NCBI GenBank assembly: GCA_965205865.1
Contig: CBDBHR010000030.1
Location: 96,001-160,000 of the forward strand
DNA length: 64,000 nucleotides
Direction: 5' to 3'
From: a bacterium
GTDB lineage: Bacteria > SAR324 > NAC60-12
Position numbers and translations under genes: made by a program
Notes under the pieces: generated by a model
Told to the model about the DNA's origin: nothing
Databases searched by the model: none
What the model saw: the letters and a program-made list of their open reading frames with translations, nothing else
Shown here: piece after piece, positions 59,206 to 64,000 of the stretch
Layout: each line of letters starts with the position of its first letter
Position numbering within the stretch: position 1 is the first letter of the stretch

Positions 59206-61935
59206 ATGAAAATTCATTGGATGACCTTTTTAATAGGCAGCCTGCTTTTGAGCAACTGCACTCAACACCCGAATCCTATTCCAAGTAAATCCTCACCGTC
59301 CTCCCTCTCAACCCTCGACCGACTCTCTGAAGATGAACGCTTAAAAATTGCGATCCGTATCAATCCTCAGCATTGGCTGGGATATTATCGGCTTTCGCAG
59401 CACTACCAAGAGCATCAGCAATGGGAAGAAGCATTGAAGAGCCTCTTCCAAGCTCAGGAAGCGACGATTGCGCTCAGCCGTCCGCCTTCAAAAGTGATAT
59501 TGCGAGAATTGGGTAATTTATATCAACTGCTAGGTCAGGATGAGAAAGCACTGGCCCATTACAATCAAGCCATTGCGCAACTTCCTGCGGTTGCTGGTGA
59601 AAATGCGGAATTGTACTTAGACCGAGGGAAATTGTTTTTGAAGCTAAAACGTTTTCCTCGAGCGGAAGCCGACTTTAATAACGCTCTTGCCCAGGATCCA
59701 AAATCTTTTGAAACCAATTTGCTACTTGCATTCTCGAAAATCCAACGGCAAGAACTGAATCAGGCTTTGGAATTTCTGGTCAAAGCTGCCGGTATCGATC
59801 CAAACTATGCGGAGGTCTGGCGCCAAATCAGTTTGATCCGGGAACGTCTGGGGGAATATACGCTTGCTGTCGAAGCCATGCGCAAAGCTGTGGAATTGAA
59901 TCCGGACAATTTTGAATTTTTGAAATCCTACGCGTTCCTCCTTGAAGAACATGGAGATACTTCCGAATTGGAGTTGGTTTTCCAAGCAATGTTGCACTTG
60001 TTTCCTGAAAATGCCTGGGTGCATGCTCATTATGGTAACTTGGCTTTTCATCTGCAGCAATATGCTCTGGGAACAAAGCGCCTCAAACAAGCTATCGAGT
60101 TACGTCACGATTATGCATGGGCTTATTTTCGTCTGGGTGCTCTTAATGCCGAGCAACAACAATGGGATCAAGCGGCTGGCTTCTTCCAGGATGGATTAAA
60201 ATATGAAGCCCATAACCTGTGGGCCCGCAAACAATTGGGATTTTCCCTTGAATGGCAGGGGAGAAGCGAAGAGGCAATTGAGCATTACCAATATGTGATT
60301 GATCAAGACGTCAGAGAAGCGAGTGATGAAGTGATTTTTCGCCGCTTGGCGCAATTATATTGGTCGGAATTGCATTTTGAACAAGCCATTGAAATCCTGA
60401 AGAAAGGACGTCAGGATTTCCCCGAAAATCGTGAGTTGTCTTTGCAGTTGGCTCGTTTTTATGAAGCACTTCAACAGTTGGAACAAGCCAAAGAAATCTA
60501 TCTCGATATGATGGAGCATTTTTCCGACAACAGTGAATTATTGTCTCATTTGGGGTTTCTGGAAGAACAACTGGGCAATCTCAAACAAAGCGAGTTTTAT
60601 TATAAGAAAGCCTTGCGTATGGATCCGCAAATGTCAACGGTGCGACAGCAATTGATTCGATTGCAACTGCGTAGCGAAGAACGATCAGAAGCAGAACCAG
60701 AATTGCAGCGCTTTCTCAAAAACAACCCTACAGCCGAATGGGGCTATGCGCAATTGAGTTTGTTGAAATTACAGCAAAAAAAAGAAAAAGAATCGTTGAA
60801 GATCCTGAAAACCGGCCTGTTTCACAATCCTCAGTCTTCCCGGCTTTATGAAATTTTAGGCTTGACCTATGAGAAGCTCGGGGAATGGGGACAAGCCCTT
60901 GCCGCCTTCGAAAAGACCACGCGCCTCTCATCAGATTCTGCTTTTTTGTCGGCGCACCGGGGAGTGGTCTTGAGTGAACTTTCCCAGCAGCAGCAAGCCC
61001 GTAAAGCCCTTTTGAATGCCTTACTTCATTCAGATATGGAACTATCGACTTTCTACCACTACATGCTCCTTGAAAACACGAATTCTCAGCAAAAGTGGTT
61101 TGGCGCGGCACTTGATGAAATCCGTCCAGTGCTCAAGCAAATCCTTTTGCATCAAAACCGGGACCTTTTGCCCGTTATTGCATCAGCCCCTTTGGATCCA
61201 ACAACGGAGGAAATACTGAAAATTGTATGGCAATTGACAATGGGACAACGCAGGGAGGCAATGAAGCATGTAGAAACCCTTCTCGAAGAGTTAGATGAGT
61301 CTGAAAACTTGCCGCCTTGGGCTTTGTTTCAAATCGGCTACGTCTATGAACTCGATGACAATTATCGAGACGCAGAAAATTATTACCTGAGGGTGCAGCA
61401 GCAGATCCCGGAGTTTTCCTGGATACAAACCCGTTTGGCAAGAATTTTTGAAAAACAAGGCAATTTTGAGAAGAGCGTTGCTCATTATGCGGATTTTGTC
61501 CGCCATTTCGAGGAACCACTATGGGCGCTTTCCCGCTTGGCGTTTCACCTTAGAACTATTGGTCGGGACCAGGATTCGATTCGAATCTATCAGAAAATCC
61601 TTACCTTCAGACCGCAACATGCTGAAAGTTTGAATAACTTGGCATGGATTTATTTGACAACCGGAAACTTAAAGACGAGAAAGCTGGAACAAGCTCTCAG
61701 TTATGCCAGGCAGGCAGTGAATTTGCGGCCCTCTGAAGAGTATTTGGATACTCTGGCCGAGGCTTATTTTCAGTCCGGACAAATTGACATGGCCCTTGAT
61801 ACGATCAAGGAGGCTATTTTTAAAACCAATTCTCAAACTGGACAGTTTCAATACTTGATGCAGCAATATCGACGCTTTCGCAAAGGCGATTTACAATCAT
61901 TGCCGGATACGGATGTTTTAGATATTTCTCAATAA
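59206..61935 (+). CDS. Large TPR-repeat protein, probable lipoprotein
   Basis: Signal with LLLSNC; many 34-aa TPR repeats; LNNLAW, YLDTLAEAY. Confidence 0.85.
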   Translation: MKIHWMTFLIGSLLLSNCTQHPNPIPSKSSPSSLSTLDRLSEDERLKIAIRINPQHWLGYYRLSQHYQEHQQWEEALKSLFQAQEATIALSRPPSKVILRELGNLYQLLGQDEKALAHYNQAIAQLPAVAGENAELYLDRGKLFLKLKRFPRAEADFNNALAQDPKSFETNLLLAFSKIQRQELNQALEFLVKAAGIDPNYAEVWRQISLIRERLGEYTLAVEAMRKAVELNPDNFEFLKSYAFLLEEHGDTSELELVFQAMLHLFPENAWVHAHYGNLAFHLQQYALGTKRLKQAIELRHDYAWAYFRLGALNAEQQQWDQAAGFFQDGLKYEAHNLWARKQLGFSLEWQGRSEEAIEHYQYVIDQDVREASDEVIFRRLAQLYWSELHFEQAIEILKKGRQDFPENRELSLQLARFYEALQQLEQAKEIYLDMMEHFSDNSELLSHLGFLEEQLGNLKQSEFYYKKALRMDPQMSTVRQQLIRLQLRSEERSEAEPELQRFLKNNPTAEWGYAQLSLLKLQQKKEKESLKILKTGLFHNPQSSRLYEILGLTYEKLGEWGQALAAFEKTTRLSSDSAFLSAHRGVVLSELSQQQQARKALLNALLHSDMELSTFYHYMLLENTNSQQKWFGAALDEIRPVLKQILLHQNRDLLPVIASAPLDPTTEEILKIVWQLTMGQRREAMKHVETLLEELDESENLPPWALFQIGYVYELDDNYRDAENYYLRVQQQIPEFSWIQTRLARIFEKQGNFEKSVAHYADFVRHFEEPLWALSRLAFHLRTIGRDQDSIRIYQKILTFRPQHAESLNNLAWIYLTTGNLKTRKLEQALSYARQAVNLRPSEEYLDTLAEAYFQSGQIDMALDTIKEAIFKTNSQTGQFQYLMQQYRRFRKGDLQSLPDTDVLDISQ

Positions 61936-62033
61936 TAGGAGCGTTTTAAAACAATATATTGCATTTCCTCTATTGACACCCTCCTCATCATCGATTACCA
62001 TGAAACACTCGTAAAATGACCTGATTCACTTGC

Positions 62034-62270
62034 ATGGGCAAGCAGTCTGCTTTCAACCTTTACTTGATGAAACTCCTCATGACAGAAGCACTGTCTGAAG
62101 ACGAAATGTTTAGACGGGAAGCTTTGCGTTGGTATCACGAAACTAATACTACGCCACAACGCCTGATTGCCGAAGAAACAATTGTGGAAGTTTACAAAAA
62201 AATCAAAGAATATGCGCAAAAAGACCCTCTGTTGAGAGAATACTATCAGGCTAATCATATGAAAATGTGA
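62034..62270 (+). CDS. Hypothetical protein
   Basis: Short ORF co-directional with its neighbours; start uncertain. Confidence 0.45.
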   Translation: MGKQSAFNLYLMKLLMTEALSEDEMFRREALRWYHETNTTPQRLIAEETIVEVYKKIKEYAQKDPLLREYYQANHMKM

Positions 62271-62342
62271 CGCAGGTCTGCAAAGTGGAAAAGTGCAAAG
62301 CCCATACGACCGATAAATTATTATCACATAAACCAACAAATC

Positions 62343-62717
62343 ATGCTACTGACACCGGAAATGGAAGAGTTATTGCCCAAATTGGGGGTTACGATCCGTA
62401 AACACTATAAAGTTCTTAAAAGAGAATTTGAACAAATTGATGAAATTGAAAATTTGAATCCTGCTTCATTGCAATGGGCTTTTGACTATATTGAAAATAT
62501 GAAACCGATTTATGTTGAAGGGAAATATCTGGCCCTTTACAAAACTATGCTCTCTTTTTTACAGCTCACCTTGGCACAAAGATTGAGCACTATTTTTTCT
62601 CAAGCGGCTTTTCGCGATTTTGTATTTTGGTCTGACAAACTTTCTCAATTTAAAGAGAGAGAAAAATGGTGGTTTTACGCAAGCAACGTGATTTCTGAAG
62701 CAGGAAAAAATGAATGA
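62343..62717 (+). CDS. Hypothetical protein
   Basis: 124-aa ORF overlapping the start of phhB. Confidence 0.6.
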   Translation: MLLTPEMEELLPKLGVTIRKHYKVLKREFEQIDEIENLNPASLQWAFDYIENMKPIYVEGKYLALYKTMLSFLQLTLAQRLSTIFSQAAFRDFVFWSDKLSQFKEREKWWFYASNVISEAGKNE

Positions 62718-63042
62718 ATTAGCCCAAAGACGATGTGTGCCCTGCAAGGGAGGAGTGCCTCCTTTAAAAGGTGAAGCACTGATGTCGGTTCACAAAAAAT
62801 TAGAAAACGGTTGGCAGGTTATTGAGGAACATCACTTGGAGAAGGAATTTGCCTTTAAAAATTTCCGACAAGCTCTGGATTTTACCAACAAGATAGGAGA
62901 AGTCGCAGAAACGGAGGGGCATCATCCCGATATTTACCTTGCATGGGGAAAAGTCAAAGTGTTAGTCTGGACCCATAAAATCAATGGCTTGACAGAAAGC
63001 GATTTTATTTATGCTGCTAAAACCGACCAATGCTACAGTTGA
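62710..63042 (+). CDS. phhB: Pterin-4-alpha-carbinolamine dehydratase
   Basis: C.PC.GG, F.FKNF, AE.EGHHPDI, WTH.I.GLTESDF. Confidence 0.92.
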   Translation: MNELAQRRCVPCKGGVPPLKGEALMSVHKKLENGWQVIEEHHLEKEFAFKNFRQALDFTNKIGEVAETEGHHPDIYLAWGKVKVLVWTHKINGLTESDFIYAAKTDQCYS

Positions 63043-63304
63043 CAAGGGCAGAAGTTATTGGTCAACAATTTTGCAGTAGACAAACACCTCGTTCGGGTAC
63101 GCCGTTGCGGGCGTATCACAATTTTCAATCCATGGAACGCAGATTCAATCACCCTTGGGACTTCGAGGGGGTCTTTCCTCTGGTTTCTGAAAACAGCAGT
63201 ACAGTGTAGGGAAATTTTTAAGTCTCTGCCTGCCAAAAGCAGCACAACCTTTTTCAAGTTCTTCTTAAAAAGAGAATCCTTCACTTTCTAAATGAATGCG
63301 TCGT

Positions 63305-64000
63305 ATGCAGGATTCCCGGAATTTTGTTATTGGCACCAGCGGCCATATTGATCATGGAAAAAGCACTCTTGTGCAGGCATTGAGTGGCACGGACCCTGAC
63401 AGACTTGCGGAGGAAAAAAGCCGGGGAATCACTATTGATCTGGGTTTTGCCCATTACCTTGATGAAAATGGAACTCGATTCTCCTTCATCGATGTGCCGG
63501 GTCATGAAAAATTTGTCCATAACATGCTTGCAGGAGCAGCTGGTATCGATGCGGTGCTTTTGGTCATTGCCGCGGATGATGGCGTCATGCCCCAAACCAG
63601 AGAACATTTGGATATTTGCAATTTGCTCAATATCCGTTCCGGATTAGTGGTTTTGACCCGATGTGACTTGGTGGAAGATCCCGAAATGATCGAATTGTGC
63701 AAAGAAGAAATCAAAGAATTGGTTGTAGAAACTTTTTTGGAAAACGCTCCCATCATCCCTGTTTCAGCCGTAACAGGTGAGGGATTGGGGTCCTTGCAAA
63801 CAGAGTTGGCGAATCTTTACCAGCAATTACGACCTCATGAGTCTGAAAAACCCTTTCGATTCATGGTGGATCGTTCTTTCACAATCAAAGGGTTTGGTAC
63901 AATAACCACCGGTACTTTGCAGGACGGACGGTTGAATTTGGGACAGATGAACAAAGAAGAGCTGATTTTGCAATTTCCTGCGGAAATTCCAATCCGCATT
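63305..64000 (+). CDS. selB: Selenocysteine-specific elongation factor (runs off the window end)
   Basis: [57 protein letters not shown]. Confidence 0.93.
   Translation, partial: MQDSRNFVIGTSGHIDHGKSTLVQALSGTDPDRLAEEKSRGITIDLGFAHYLDENGTRFSFIDVPGHEKFVHNMLAGAAGIDAVLLVIAADDGVMPQTREHLDICNLLNIRSGLVVLTRCDLVEDPEMIELCKEEIKELVVETFLENAPIIPVSAVTGEGLGSLQTELANLYQQLRPHESEKPFRFMVDRSFTIKGFGTITTGTLQDGRLNLGQMNKEELILQFPAEIPIRI

Noticed and set aside
63033-63291. Short ORFs between phhB and selB
   Set aside because: Neither strand gives a recognisable product; cannot be supported

Overview
The window has two very different halves. 1-30.9 kb is a mosaic, decaying catabolic island. It holds five partial copies of a GC-rich dppA/B/C-type (family 5 ABC) transporter locus with no ATPase gene in the window, plus SDRs, aldo/keto reductases, an amidase, a serine hydrolase, a VOC protein and a class-III aminotransferase coupled to an N,N-dimethylformamidase large-subunit-like gene. 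It also holds many mobile-element remains: an intact IS1182 inserted in a REP-like palindrome, an IS66-type MITE, several Y1/RAYT transposase relics, a 75-bp palindromic tandem array and a probable group II intron fragment. A ~75-bp sigma70 promoter module recurs four times at junctions. 31-64 kb is mostly intact backbone, probably deltaproteobacterial-like (inference): a nucleoside uptake/salvage operon (BMP ABC transporter, add, HD protein, ushA, a degenerate HAD+kinase fusion), ccmFGH, an ECF sigma/anti-sigma pair, a sigma54-driven glnB-ptsP-holA unit, a tandem cytidylyltransferase, a TPR protein, phhB and selB. A ~7.4-kb defence island lies between holA and the ECF sigma gene: AbiJ-like HEPN (frameshifted), ParA-like ATPase overlapping a HEPN RNase, and type III mod and res (res frameshifted). 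The ParA+HEPN pair is the best candidate for an undescribed system. All calls come from reading motifs by eye; no searches were run.
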